A DNA stretch of 64,000 nucleotides from Abditibacterium sp. (GTDB lineage Bacteria; Armatimonadota; Abditibacteriia; Abditibacteriales; Abditibacteriaceae): assembly GCA_965246885.1 (NCBI GenBank), contig OZ251992.1:1888001-1952000 (forward strand), read 5' to 3'. The translations under genes were made by a program, and so were the position numbers. The number at the start of each line of letters is the position of its first letter. Position 1 is the stretch's first letter. Below are positions 47,785 to 58,000 of this stretch, one piece after another. The notes beneath the pieces were generated by a model. That model was given only the letters and a program-made list of their open reading frames with translations. It was not told where the DNA came from and ran no database searches.

Positions 47785-50700
47785 ACCGCGTGAGTTTGCA
47801 AGGCTTCCTCGCCCACCGGGGAAGCGAAAGCGGCGGTAAGATGGCGCCCATTGAGGTGGACTTGCGCGCCTCCAACCTGTGGCTGATGCACGGCCCCAAC
47901 GGAAGCGGCAAAAGCGCGGTCTTCGACGCCATCACCTTCGCCCTGTTCGATGAGGCGCGCGGGAGCCGCTTTGGGCAACTGGTCAACGATCAATCCCAAT
48001 CCGCCCACGTCGAAGTCGAACTGGAAGTGGGCGGCGCCCGCTTTCTCGTGAAGCGCCACCTCAAGCTCAACCGCGCCCGTGACGCGCACACCCTGACAGG
48101 CGAGGTGTGGCGCTGGAACGAGGCCGCCGGAAGGTGGGAAGTCGAGGCGGGCGTTGGGAACAAGGTCAAAGAGTGGGCCGCGCGCACCTTGCAAATCTCC
48201 TACGCCAACTTCGTCTCCGCCGTCGTCTTGCGCCAAGGCGAGGCCGACCGCTTTCTGCTCGCCAAACCCCCGGAGCGCAAAGACCGGCTCATGGAACTGC
48301 TCGACCTCGACATCTACAAGCGGCTGGGAAGTGCCGCCAACGCGCGCCGCACCGCCTACGCCAACCTCGCCAAGGACAAGCAAAAGCGCCTCGACGCCTG
48401 TCCTGCCGTGAGCGAGGAAGAACTCGCGTTTGCCCGCACCGCCGCCGAAGATGCCGCGCGCGTCGCCGAGGAAACCCGCGTTGCCCACGAGCGCGCCCAA
48501 AGATTGCACGAGGCCGCCACTCTCGCGGCGTCATTGCGCGCACAAATTGCCGAGAAGGAGCGTTTGCGCGAGGAAGACGACGCCATCTTGCGTGACGAGA
48601 GCGCCATTGAGGAGGCCGCGCGCGAATCGCAAACCCTCGCCGCCGCGCTCCCCCTTTTGCGCGCCGTCGCCGGGGCACGGGGGCAACTCGCCGCCGCGCA
48701 GCAGAACCATGCCTGCGCCGAACGCACCTTGCACGCCGCCCAAGCGGACGCCGAGCGCTTGACGGCGCCCGTCGCCGCCGCGCAGGAAGAATACGCCGCA
48801 TCGCAAGCTGCATCTGAAGCGGCTCGGCAAGCCCTCGCTGCTGCGCGCGCCACCGCCGAGGGTGCCGCGCGCGACGCCGCCACGCTCGCTACCCTCGAAG
48901 TCTTGGAGCGGCAAATCACCGCCGCGCGCGAGCAACTCGTCCCTCACGAAACTATCCTGCGCGCCGCGCCAGTCATCGAAGCGCGCCGTGTCCGTTTGGC
49001 CGAGTTACGCGCGGCGGAAGCCAAAGTCCGCGCCGTCTGGGATGCCCGCGCCAAGGCTTATGCTTCCAACGATGCGTACATGAAGGCCGAGCGGCAACAC
49101 TTGGACGCTATCGGAGACGCGGACGCCAAAGCGCGCGCCGCCTTCGCCGCTCAAGCCGCATTGGAGCAAGCCGCCGCTCACGCTGAAGAGTTGGAGCGCC
49201 AGAAAATCGAAGTCGCAGCCGAACTGCGCTTTCAAAGCGACCTGTCGGCGCGGCGCCAAACGCTGGACAAGGCCGCCTTGTGCCCGACGTGCGGCACCCC
49301 GTTGGACGAAGCTGCCGTTGCCCCGCGCTTAGCCGAAGAGCGCGCACGGTTGGCAAGCGCCATTGGAGCCTTGCAAGAGCGCGCGGCGACTTTGGCCAGC
49401 GACTACAAGCGGGCGCTTGCCGCCAAAAAGCAGTGCGAAACCGCCTTCCAAAAGGCGAACCGTGCCGCTCAAACTGCCAACGAAGCCCTCGCGGGCGCGC
49501 TCGCCTCGTTGGGTGCCGCGCAGCAACTCGCCGCCGTCCGGCGCGCCGAGTTAGAAGAGCGTCGGCGGGAAGCCGGAGCGTTCGCCGACACCTCAGAGGA
49601 TGCCTTGGCCGCGCAAATGCAGGCGCTGAACGCTGAGGGTCTTGACGCTGACTTAGCGCGCTTGGCTGACGCGCGGCGCGTGCAACTGGAAAGCGAAGCC
49701 ACGACTCGCGCGTGCGGCGTGCAACTCCAAGGCTTGCCCGCTTGGGATGCCGCGCGCCGCGCGCACATCCGAGAAAGCGCCCAAGCGGGCGCTGCCTCCG
49801 TCGCGCGGGCCGAGGACGCAGTCGAAACGGCGCGCGTCGCCGAGGTTGCGGCGGGGGAGGCGGCAGTCGCGGCTTGGCGGGCGTCCGAAGCGGCCCAGTC
49901 CGCCGCGCAAGTTGCTGCCGGACTTTTAGAAGGCGCCATTCAATCCGAATGCGCCGCGCTCGAGGCGTTCGAGCGCGAAAGCGCGCGCTTGCCACCCGTT
50001 TGGGCCGCGCATCCCGCCGCGCGGGAGGATGGGGCGCTGCATGAGTTGGAAGCCCGCGCGCAATCGCTGCGCGACATGGGGGAACGACTCGCCCACTTAA
50101 ACCAAGCGCGCACGCGCATGGCGGAACTGACGGGCACGTTAAGTGCTTTGCTGGCGCAACTCCGCGAGTTGCCCGCCGACACGCCGGAGTCGGTCGCCGA
50201 TGCCGGTGAAGCGTTGGCGGGGGCCGTTCACCGTTCCGCCCATGCACGTGAAGCCGCAAACGAGGCCGCGTGGCGCCTGAGCGACTTGGAAACTGCGCGC
50301 CGTGCCTTCGAGACGGCGCGCGCGCAACGCGATGACGCGGCCACTCAAGCCGCGCGCTATGGCGACTTGGCGGGCGCCTTCGGACGCGACGGCTTGCAAG
50401 CCAAAATCGTCCAAGACGCACAGCACTCCCTCACCCGCCTCGCCAACGGCATCTTGGGCCGCTTGTCCAACGGCGAGTGGCAAATAGATTTGCGCGGCGA
50501 AACCGAGAACGAGTTGGAAATCATCGCCCGCGACGAAGCGCGCGGCGGGGTCGAGCGCACCTTTGACTGCTTAAGCGGCGGCGAGCGGTTTCGCGTCGCC
50601 ATCAGCGTCGCCATTGCCATCGGCCAAATGGCGTGCGGCGGCGCCCCGATGAATACCCTCGTCATAGACGAAGGCTTTGGCGCCCTCGACGAAACCAACC

Positions 50701-50867
50701 GCGCCCTCATGGTGGACAACCTGCGCCACCTGAGCGAGCACGAACTACGCGGCGGGCGCATCATCGTCGTTTCGCATCAAGACGACGTGTGCGACGCTTT
50801 CGGCCACCGCCTCCGCCTGTCGCGCGACGCGGGCGGCTACGCGCGCGTTGAAACCGTGCGCGAGTGA
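47775..50867 (+). CDS. sbcC: SbcC/Rad50 SMC ATPase
   Basis: GPNGSGKS, LRQGE, CPTC zinc hook, LSGGE, IDEGFGALD. Confidence 0.9.
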   Translation: MLLNRVSLQGFLAHRGSESGGKMAPIEVDLRASNLWLMHGPNGSGKSAVFDAITFALFDEARGSRFGQLVNDQSQSAHVEVELEVGGARFLVKRHLKLNRARDAHTLTGEVWRWNEAAGRWEVEAGVGNKVKEWAARTLQISYANFVSAVVLRQGEADRFLLAKPPERKDRLMELLDLDIYKRLGSAANARRTAYANLAKDKQKRLDACPAVSEEELAFARTAAEDAARVAEETRVAHERAQRLHEAATLAASLRAQIAEKERLREEDDAILRDESAIEEAARESQTLAAALPLLRAVAGARGQLAAAQQNHACAERTLHAAQADAERLTAPVAAAQEEYAASQAASEAARQALAAARATAEGAARDAATLATLEVLERQITAAREQLVPHETILRAAPVIEARRVRLAELRAAEAKVRAVWDARAKAYASNDAYMKAERQHLDAIGDADAKARAAFAAQAALEQAAAHAEELERQKIEVAAELRFQSDLSARRQTLDKAALCPTCGTPLDEAAVAPRLAEERARLASAIGALQERAATLASDYKRALAAKKQCETAFQKANRAAQTANEALAGALASLGAAQQLAAVRRAELEERRREAGAFADTSEDALAAQMQALNAEGLDADLARLADARRVQLESEATTRACGVQLQGLPAWDAARRAHIRESAQAGAASVARAEDAVETARVAEVAAGEAAVAAWRASEAAQSAAQVAAGLLEGAIQSECAALEAFERESARLPPVWAAHPAAREDGALHELEARAQSLRDMGERLAHLNQARTRMAELTGTLSALLAQLRELPADTPESVADAGEALAGAVHRSAHAREAANEAAWRLSDLETARRAFETARAQRDDAATQAARYGDLAGAFGRDGLQAKIVQDAQHSLTRLANGILGRLSNGEWQIDLRGETENELEIIARDEARGGVERTFDCLSGGERFRVAISVAIAIGQMACGGAPMNTLVIDEGFGALDETNRALMVDNLRHLSEHELRGGRIIVVSHQDDVCDAFGHRLRLSRDAGGYARVETVRE

Positions 50868-50936
50868 AGCGCATCCTTACATAAGATCAGGAAAAACGGC
50901 GCACCTTCACTTGCACGCGCCCGTCCAAGGTGCCCT

Positions 50937-51437
50937 ATGGCCGAATCAACCACTTCCCCCGCGAAGAAAAGCAGCGCCGCCCAAACGATGCGCCGCGTGC
51001 AGCAACTGCACCTGATATTGGGCACCCTCTTCGCGCCGCTCATTCTCTTCTTCTCGCTGTCGGGCGCGCTGCAAACGCTCGGCTTGCACGAGCAAGAGAA
51101 AGCGGGTGGACACACGCCCGCGTGGATGGCGCAACTGGCGTCTGTTCACAAAAATCAGCAGTTATCGCGCGGCGAGGGACGCCCGCCCAAATCCGAAGGC
51201 GCGAGCGATGCGGCACCGAAGAAGAGTCCGTCCGCCGCCCTCAAGGATGAGGGGAATGGAGCGCGCGGCCCGTCGCCTTGGCCGCTCAAGTGGTTCGTGG
51301 TGCTGATGTCGATGGGCCTTGCCTTCACGACCGAATTGGGCGTATGGATGGCGTTCAAATACTCGAAGAACAAAGCGATGGTGTGGGCACTGTTGGCAGT
51401 CGGAACGCTATTGCCCCTCGTGCTCTTGTGGTTGTAG
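50937..51437 (+). CDS. PepSY-associated TM-like membrane protein
   Basis: LHLILGTLFAPLILFFSLSG, LASVHK, three TM segments. Confidence 0.6.
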   Translation: MAESTTSPAKKSSAAQTMRRVQQLHLILGTLFAPLILFFSLSGALQTLGLHEQEKAGGHTPAWMAQLASVHKNQQLSRGEGRPPKSEGASDAAPKKSPSAALKDEGNGARGPSPWPLKWFVVLMSMGLAFTTELGVWMAFKYSKNKAMVWALLAVGTLLPLVLLWL

Positions 51438-52751
51438 CGGGAAGGTGACCATCGCGCGCACGCTGTTCTCTATGGGAGTAAGCGCGACCGTCCACCCGTT
51501 CGTCGCGCAAATGGAGCGGCAGATCGCCAAGCCCAAGCCGTTGCCGCCAGTCGAGGAAACGCGCGCGAAGTCGGGTCGAAAGAATGGCTCGAACCACTCG
51601 TGCGGCACGGCGCCCTCTGGCAAATCGCAGTCGTTGTCTATCTGTAAAAGGGCTTCGGTGCGCGTCGAACCCAGTTCGACGCGCACGAGGGTGCCGGGTG
51701 TCGCGTATTTAGCGGCGTTCTCGATGAGGTTGCGCAGTAGCATTTCCACGTGCGCAGGCGGCGCATCGAGAGGGGTGTCGGACAGGGAACATTGAAGCGC
51801 AAGGCCCCGCGCCACAAAGGTGCCGCGCGCCCCATCGAGGGCGCGCTCGACCCAATGGGCAAGGTCGAGCGATTCATTGAGGGGCCGACTTTGGCGCATT
51901 TCCAAGGCGTTGAGTTGCAAGAGGTCGCGCACCAGCCCCGCGAGCCGCTCCGTTCCGACTTGGATGTGGGCGAGGGCTTGCTCGTGCTCCGCGATGGTTC
52001 GGGCGCGCGAGCGCGCCACGTCTATTTCGCCGAGCAGTATCTGAATGGGCGTGCGCAGTTCGTGCGAAGCCGCCGCATAAAAGCGCCCGCGCGCCGCCGC
52101 TTCGCGCTCCAAGCGGCCCAACAGGTCGTTGAGCGTGCCGGTCAAATGGCACATTTCGGCATCGCTCGAAGGCGATTGTAAACGCACTGGCGCGGTGTCG
52201 GTCGAGGCGTTCTGCGCTTGGGCTTGCGCCGCCAGTTTGTGAAGCGGGGAGAGCGTTTGGCCGACGACGAACCACGCGAGGAGCGCCGTCGCACCCACCA
52301 CGAGCGCGCCCAATTCCCACAACGCCCGCGCCCGCTCCCGCAGTTCGGCTTCAATGGGCGCCCATTCTCGCGCCACTACGAGCGTTTGCCTTCCGCTGGA
52401 AAGCGTGGCGGTGCTCCATTCGTCATCGCGGTCGGGCCAATCGGGAGCGTCGCGGCTCGATTGCCACAAGACACGGTTCTTCGCGTCCACGACCAACAGC
52501 GCTACACCCCCAACGGCCAGTTCCCCTTGGACAGCGCGGATGACGGCAACGAGCGGGCGGTGGAAGTGCGCTTCTTCGGCCACCTCGTCACGGGCGCGAC
52601 CGAGGGAGGTTTGCAGCGACTCCGCTACCCGCGCGAGGGCGCGTTGTCGCTCCTTTTGTTGAATGGCGCCTTCGCCCACGAGCAGGAGGAGCGCCACCAA
52701 CCCCGCGAAGAGAAGAGTCATGCGCGCGCGCATCGAGCGAAGGCCAGTCAC
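51408..52751 (-). CDS. Sensor histidine kinase (HAMP-HisKA-HATPase)
   Basis: ASHELRTP, NLIENAAKY, GNGLGLAI; start is 52751 or 52733. Confidence 0.9.
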   Translation of the reverse strand: MTGLRSMRARMTLLFAGLVALLLLVGEGAIQQKERQRALARVAESLQTSLGRARDEVAEEAHFHRPLVAVIRAVQGELAVGGVALLVVDAKNRVLWQSSRDAPDWPDRDDEWSTATLSSGRQTLVVAREWAPIEAELRERARALWELGALVVGATALLAWFVVGQTLSPLHKLAAQAQAQNASTDTAPVRLQSPSSDAEMCHLTGTLNDLLGRLEREAAARGRFYAAASHELRTPIQILLGEIDVARSRARTIAEHEQALAHIQVGTERLAGLVRDLLQLNALEMRQSRPLNESLDLAHWVERALDGARGTFVARGLALQCSLSDTPLDAPPAHVEMLLRNLIENAAKYATPGTLVRVELGSTRTEALLQIDNDCDLPEGAVPHEWFEPFFRPDFARVSSTGGNGLGLAICRSICATNGWTVALTPIENSVRAMVTFPLQPQEHEGQ

Positions 52752-53416
52752 TAATCCAGCCCCAAACGGTAGCCGACGCCGCGCGCGGTGTGAATAAGCG
52801 GCGAACGGCCCCGGTCTATTTTGGCGCGCAGATAGCCGATGTAGCAGTCGAGGACGTTGTCGTGCCCCGCGAAGTCGTACTGCCACACATGGTCTAAAAT
52901 GACGGCGCGCGCCATCGTTTGCCCCGCGTGCCGCATCAGATATTCGAGCAAGGAGTATTCTGTCGCCGACAGTTCGATGTTCTTCTCGCCGCGCCGCGCG
53001 CGCCGCGTGCCGGGATCGAGCGTGAGGTCGCCGACGGACAAGCACGTCGAGCCGGAGTGCCCGCGCCGCAGGAGCGCCCGCATCCGCGCCAGAATTTCGG
53101 CGACGCGAAATGGCTTGCACACGAAATCATCGGCGCCCGCGTCCAGCCCCTCGATCTTATCTTCAAGGGTGTCGCGCGCCGTGATAAGCAGAACGAGCGA
53201 GCGCACGCTCGCTTCGCGCAAGCGGCGGCAGACCTCGAAGCCGTTCATGCCGGGGAGCATCACGTCGAGCAGAATAAGGTCGAAGGGAGTTGCGCGCGCC
53301 AAGTGCAACGCGCGCAAGCCATCCGCCTCGACGCGCGGCGCATAGCCCGCCTCGCGGCATGCTTGTTCCAGAAAGCGCGACACGCCCGCTTCGTCTTCGA
53401 CGATCAAAACATTCAT
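52751..53416 (-). CDS. OmpR-family response regulator
   Basis: LIVEDE, LLDVMLP, GADDF, KPF, HTARGVGY. Confidence 0.93.
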   Translation of the reverse strand: MNVLIVEDEAGVSRFLEQACREAGYAPRVEADGLRALHLARATPFDLILLDVMLPGMNGFEVCRRLREASVRSLVLLITARDTLEDKIEGLDAGADDFVCKPFRVAEILARMRALLRRGHSGSTCLSVGDLTLDPGTRRARRGEKNIELSATEYSLLEYLMRHAGQTMARAVILDHVWQYDFAGHDNVLDCYIGYLRAKIDRGRSPLIHTARGVGYRLGLD

Positions 53417-53447
53417 GCCCAAAGTTTCCCCTCTTGCGCGCGGCGGG

Positions 53448-53810
53448 TCAGTTCTTTTTAGTGGTTGCGCGGTGGGTGTTCTTGGCACCAGCGGCGGCTT
53501 CCTGCTTTTTCTCGATGCCCTCTTTGGCAGCGCTGGTAGCTTCGATGTCCGCGATTTTGCCGGTGTAAGCGTCCACCATGACTTCGCGTAGCGTGCGGCC
53601 CGAACGCACCATCACGCCGTATTGCCATTTGCCTTCCTCGTTTTCCAAGGTAGTGCGGGCGACGAGTTTGCCGGGAAAGCGCTGAAGAACGACCGCGTTG
53701 GCGCGGGCAACGCCCACTTTAGCATGCGGCGCGGCGTGCGCGGCGGACAAAGCGACTCCTGCAACAGTTATAGCCGCCAATAGGCGGGCGAGTGTGGTTG
53801 ATGTTTTCAT
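53448..53810 (-). CDS. Secreted PepSY-domain protein
   Basis: Signal peptide; LENEEG.W.Y, EVMVDAYTGKI. Confidence 0.85.
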   Translation of the reverse strand: MKTSTTLARLLAAITVAGVALSAAHAAPHAKVGVARANAVVLQRFPGKLVARTTLENEEGKWQYGVMVRSGRTLREVMVDAYTGKIADIEATSAAKEGIEKKQEAAAGAKNTHRATTKKN

Positions 53811-53921
53811 GGTTATGTCGGTAAGGGCAAGTGTGCCCTTTCCCGCACCCCAGTTAACGCCGCGCCCTTGTGAGTACCCTGAGAGTCGTGATAGAAGTTT
53901 CTCAGAGAGATTGTTGCCCAC

Positions 53922-54881
53922 TCAATGTCCATGCCCGCAATTGTTCCCAGCGTGCGAGTGGGTGGTGAGGGCGCAAAAGAGGGCGACTTCTTCTCCCGAT
54001 GGGCACAAACCCTCGACGTCGGTTTGGATGGTGGCGTGGCCGATGCCGTGCTCGTTGTGGAGCAGGGTGGCAAGGGCGCTCACGATGGCGGCGCACTGTT
54101 CGAGCGTGAAGTCGGGGGGCAAGGCGACGTGGCACGACAGGAAGTTGAGGCCATCGCCTACCGTCCAGATATGCAGGTCGTGGACGCCGCGCACGCAGGG
54201 AATAGCTTGCATCGCGGCGACGAGGACGGGCACGTCCACGTTCTTGGGCGTGCTTTCCATGAGGATGTCCGTCGCGTCGCAGACAATTCCCCACGCCGTG
54301 TAGAGGATGAACGCTGCTATAAGCAGCGACACGAGCGGGTCGGCATACACCCAGCCGGTGAAATGCACGACGAGGCCCGCGACGACGACGGCAGCACTGG
54401 AAAGGGCGTCGCCCAGCATATGCACGAACGCCGCGCGCGAGTTGAGACTGTTTTTGGCGTCGCCGGACAGAGCGGCGGCAATGACGGTGTTCATCACGAC
54501 GGCAACGAGCGCTACCCCAATCATCAGGCTTCCGCTTACCGCTTCGGGATGAAGCCAGTGGGCGATGGCTTCGATGCCAATCCACGCGGACAGCGCAACT
54601 AAAGAGACTGCGTTAAACAGCGCCGTCAAGATGGCGACGCGGTGATAGCCGAAGGTGCGCGACCCCGTCGCCGGGCGCGCCGCGACCCCAATGGCGTAGG
54701 CCGCCAAGCCGAGCGCAAGGGCATCGGAGAGATTGTGTCCGGCGTCCGACAAGAGGGCGAGGGAGTGGGACACAACACCTGCAACCGCTTCGACGACGAC
54801 AAAAGCGAGGGTGACGCCGAGCGAAACCCACATCTTGCGCCCGCTCGTCGGGCCGTGAACGTGTCCTGCGTGACTTGACAT
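53922..54881 (-). CDS. czcD: Cation diffusion facilitator (CzcD-like)
   Basis: SLALLSDAGHNLSD, TFGYHR, HMLGD, HDLHIW, HATIQ. Confidence 0.9.
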   Translation of the reverse strand: MSSHAGHVHGPTSGRKMWVSLGVTLAFVVVEAVAGVVSHSLALLSDAGHNLSDALALGLAAYAIGVAARPATGSRTFGYHRVAILTALFNAVSLVALSAWIGIEAIAHWLHPEAVSGSLMIGVALVAVVMNTVIAAALSGDAKNSLNSRAAFVHMLGDALSSAAVVVAGLVVHFTGWVYADPLVSLLIAAFILYTAWGIVCDATDILMESTPKNVDVPVLVAAMQAIPCVRGVHDLHIWTVGDGLNFLSCHVALPPDFTLEQCAAIVSALATLLHNEHGIGHATIQTDVEGLCPSGEEVALFCALTTHSHAGNNCGHGH

Positions 54882-55169
54882 TTTAAATTATTCCGATTTA
54901 ATGCCTGCGCGCGTCGCAACACCCGCGCGAGCCGGTTGTCTCTTTTCCCGTCAAGAGAAAAAGCATACAGACGAACCGCCCTTTGCTGTGCCACCGAAAA
55001 GTGTGCAGGGTATCTTCTGCGTGGAAGCGGTTCTCATCAACGGGCCGTAGAGGGGCGCAAGAGATTTGGCACAATCGGGAGGTTTCGCACAGGTTTTGCT
55101 CTACTCCTTGACGAGCGCGGCGGGGCAATGACAAGCTCCCCGTGCAGCAGGATATTTATCGCCAACGTT

Positions 55170-55928
55170 ATGTCTTTCTTCAACAAGCGCAGCAAAACGC
55201 TGCTCGGTGCCGGAGCGCTCGCTGTACTCGCGCTTTCCGTGGGCACCGCGCGCTACGCCAAAGGCTCCGACCATGCCGGAACCGTCGTCACCGCGCAAAC
55301 CCGCCCCGGAACGGACTTGTCCGATCTCCACATCTTCCCCAGCCCCACCAATCCCAACAACGTCGTTTTGGCGATGAGCGTCCACCCGCTCATTCCCGCC
55401 GGAACCGCTTCGGGCGCCGTGAGCTTCGACCCCGGCGTTTTGTATCAATTTAAGATAGACAACACCGGTGACAACATCGAAGACCTCGTCATCCAAGCGC
55501 GCTTCACGGGTTCGGGTGCGAGCCAACGGGTCTACATCGCTGGGCCAGTCAAGCCAACACGCACAGGAGTTATTACCCAAGCCGAGACGCCTTACGGGAC
55601 GACTGGCACCTTCGGCCAAGTGTTCTCACCAACCGCGAACGTTAAAGTTTTCGCCGGTATGCGCTCCGACCCGTTCTTCATTGACCTGTCGCAACTCTTC
55701 GCCATCTTGCCCGACCGCGCCGACCCGCTCAACGCGACTCCCAAGACCGACCCGGCCAAAGCGAATACCCCCCAAGTTCTGTCCTTTCGCCCACCGGGTC
55801 AAGCGCAGGACTTCCTCGCCAACTATAACGTCCTCGCAATCGTCGTCGAACTGCCCAAGTCGCAGCTAATCAGCGCTGGCACCGGCAAAATTCGCGTTTG
55901 GGAGACGACCAGCATCGCCAACAGCTAA
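55170..55928 (+). CDS. Secreted DUF4331-family protein (N-terminal half)
   Basis: Signal ending AKG then SDH; DLSDLHIF, YQFKIDNTGD, FAGMRSDPFFIDL, NVLAIVVELP. Confidence 0.8.
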   Translation: MSFFNKRSKTLLGAGALAVLALSVGTARYAKGSDHAGTVVTAQTRPGTDLSDLHIFPSPTNPNNVVLAMSVHPLIPAGTASGAVSFDPGVLYQFKIDNTGDNIEDLVIQARFTGSGASQRVYIAGPVKPTRTGVITQAETPYGTTGTFGQVFSPTANVKVFAGMRSDPFFIDLSQLFAILPDRADPLNATPKTDPAKANTPQVLSFRPPGQAQDFLANYNVLAIVVELPKSQLISAGTGKIRVWETTSIANS

Positions 55929-55948
55929 AAGCGACGCCAACACACATT

Positions 55949-56524
55949 ATGAAAAACCTTCTTGTTTTAAGCGCCGCTTGCGGAGCCTTGGCCGTTGCCC
56001 TCGCTGGTTGCGGTGGAGGTGGCAACAGCCCGATCATCAGTAGCCAAACATTTACCCAAACCGACCGCTTGGCGCGGCCCGTCGTCAACGAGGTCTTCGC
56101 CACGTTTGCTAATGGGCGTCATGACGTCAACGACAAAGACAACCCCACCGACGACTCTGGGCAACTCGCCAACGACATTCAAGGCTTCATGACCAGTCCG
56201 GCGGGCCGCTCGCCAGAAACGACCGCTGCGGTTAAATCTGTCCTTGTCCCCGACGTGATGATCGCCGATCTGTCGGTCAATAGTACCACTGCGGCTTATC
56301 TTGGCTCGGAGACTGGTGGTGTGACGGGTAGCAAATTTGGGGGCCGCGCGCTCACCGATGACGTGGTGGACACCTCTCTCGGCGTCATCTTCGGCCCGAC
56401 TATTTCCAAGTTGGGCTTGGCTCCCGACGACAAAAAAGAAATTCCCAACCTCACCACCGACAACGTCGGCCCCGGCGCCAAGAACTTCCAAACCAGCTTC
56501 CCCTACTTGGGCACGCCCAAATAA
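55949..56524 (+). CDS. DUF4331-family lipoprotein (C-terminal half)
   Basis: Lipobox LAGC; QTDRLARPVVNE, GGRALTDDVVD, FPYLGTP. Confidence 0.8.
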   Translation: MKNLLVLSAACGALAVALAGCGGGGNSPIISSQTFTQTDRLARPVVNEVFATFANGRHDVNDKDNPTDDSGQLANDIQGFMTSPAGRSPETTAAVKSVLVPDVMIADLSVNSTTAAYLGSETGGVTGSKFGGRALTDDVVDTSLGVIFGPTISKLGLAPDDKKEIPNLTTDNVGPGAKNFQTSFPYLGTPK

Positions 56525-56608
56525 ACTCCTGCGACTTGAGGTCAAGTCGCAGGAGTACAACGGGCGCGGGTGGAGTTTTTCCACCACCCGCGCCCGTTTT
56601 TCGTTGTC

Positions 56609-57997
56609 ATGAACTCGCGCCGTTTCTTTCCCATTCTCGCCGCCGCCTGCACCCTTGGGGGCGCGCTTGTGTGGGCCAAAGTTTCCGGTTCGTCGCTTCT
56701 GCTTCCGCCGCCACCCGCGCTCTCGACGGCCCGCGTCCGCGCCCCTTATGACCCCAGCGCCGTTCACAAGCTCCTCGAATTCGACGCGAAACAAGCCCGC
56801 TCCGACCCCGGCAACGCCATCTTTGGGGCGAATCTGGCCGCCCAATACCTCGAAAGCTACCGCGAAACGGGCGATGCCGCCGACGCTACTCGCGCCGAAG
56901 CCGCCGCGCGCGCCTCGCTCAAAATCCGCACGCACGGCAACAGCGCCGCCTTCTTCGTGCTCGCCCGCGCCCTCTTGACGCAGCACCGCTTCGCCGAAGC
57001 CCTCGTTGCCGCGCGCCGCGCGTCGTTGGGCGATCCGGTTGGACTGCGCCAGTGCGCCGACATCGAAATCGAACTGGGCGACTACGCCGCCGCCGCGCGC
57101 GACATCAACGCCTCGCAAAAGCTGGTCGAAGCCAGCGCGCACGAAGTCGCCCTCGCGCGTGGCGACGCGCGCTCCGCCAAGCCCGACGAAGACCCCGCCG
57201 TTCTGACGCTCGTCGCGCGACTCCGGGAGTTGCACGGCGACACTAAGGGGCAACTTACGCTTCTAACCCGCGCCGCCCAACTCGCGGACGCCGATGCCGA
57301 CTTGCCCGCCGCGACCGTCGCGTGGTTTCATGAGCGATTGGGGCGTTGCCTGTTCATGACGGGCCGCTTGGACGAAGCCCGCGTCCAGTATCGCGCCGGT
57401 CTCTCCGTCTTCCCGCGCGACTACCGCACGCTCGCCGCCCTCGCCCATCTTTGCGCCGCGCGCGGCGATTGGAAGGGCGCGCTCGATTGGGGACAAAAAG
57501 CCGCCAACATCGTGCCCGCTCCCGAAACCCTCGCCCTACTTGGCGATGCTCATGCCGCGCTTGGCCAAAGCGCGCAAGCGGCGGCGCAGTACAAACTCGT
57601 TGAGCAAATCGGTGCCCTCGGCCAAGCGCAGGGCATTCTCTACGACCGCCAGCGCGCGCTCTACTACGCCGATCACGACCGCAACCCCGCTCAGGCCGTC
57701 GCCTTGGCACGCGGCGAGTTGCGAGTGCGGCACGATATCTATGCCGATGACGCGCTCGCGTGGACGCTTTGCAAAGCCGGGCGCGCTGGGGAAGCCGCAC
57801 CTTTCGCTGCACGCGCCTTGAGGTTTGGAACGCGCGATGCTTCCCTGTTCTTCCACGCCGGAATGATTGCCGCCGCTCTGGGCGACAAGGCGCACGCCCG
57901 TCTAAACTTGACCTGCGCCCTCCAAGTCAACCCCTTTTTCCACCCGACGCAACCCGCGACGGCGCGCGCCGCGTTAGCGCATTTGGCGGCGTCTTGA
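56609..57997 (+). CDS. Exported tetratricopeptide-repeat protein
   Basis: N-terminal hydrophobic segment; helical repeats; HRFAEA, DIYADDALAW, FHAGMI, NPFF. Confidence 0.85.
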   Translation: MNSRRFFPILAAACTLGGALVWAKVSGSSLLLPPPPALSTARVRAPYDPSAVHKLLEFDAKQARSDPGNAIFGANLAAQYLESYRETGDAADATRAEAAARASLKIRTHGNSAAFFVLARALLTQHRFAEALVAARRASLGDPVGLRQCADIEIELGDYAAAARDINASQKLVEASAHEVALARGDARSAKPDEDPAVLTLVARLRELHGDTKGQLTLLTRAAQLADADADLPAATVAWFHERLGRCLFMTGRLDEARVQYRAGLSVFPRDYRTLAALAHLCAARGDWKGALDWGQKAANIVPAPETLALLGDAHAALGQSAQAAAQYKLVEQIGALGQAQGILYDRQRALYYADHDRNPAQAVALARGELRVRHDIYADDALAWTLCKAGRAGEAAPFAARALRFGTRDASLFFHAGMIAAALGDKAHARLNLTCALQVNPFFHPTQPATARAALAHLAAS

Positions 57998-58000
57998 CCC

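Noticed and set aside
46615..50867. SMC plus nuclease as a Wadjet/Lamassu-type defence system
   Set aside because: Canonical SbcD and SbcC motifs with a zinc hook, and no accessory effector genes
54882..55169. NiCo riboswitch or Fur/Zur box upstream of czcD
   Set aside because: No recognisable NiCo core; TGGAAGCGGTTCTCA (55022-55036) is too weak a dyad to call
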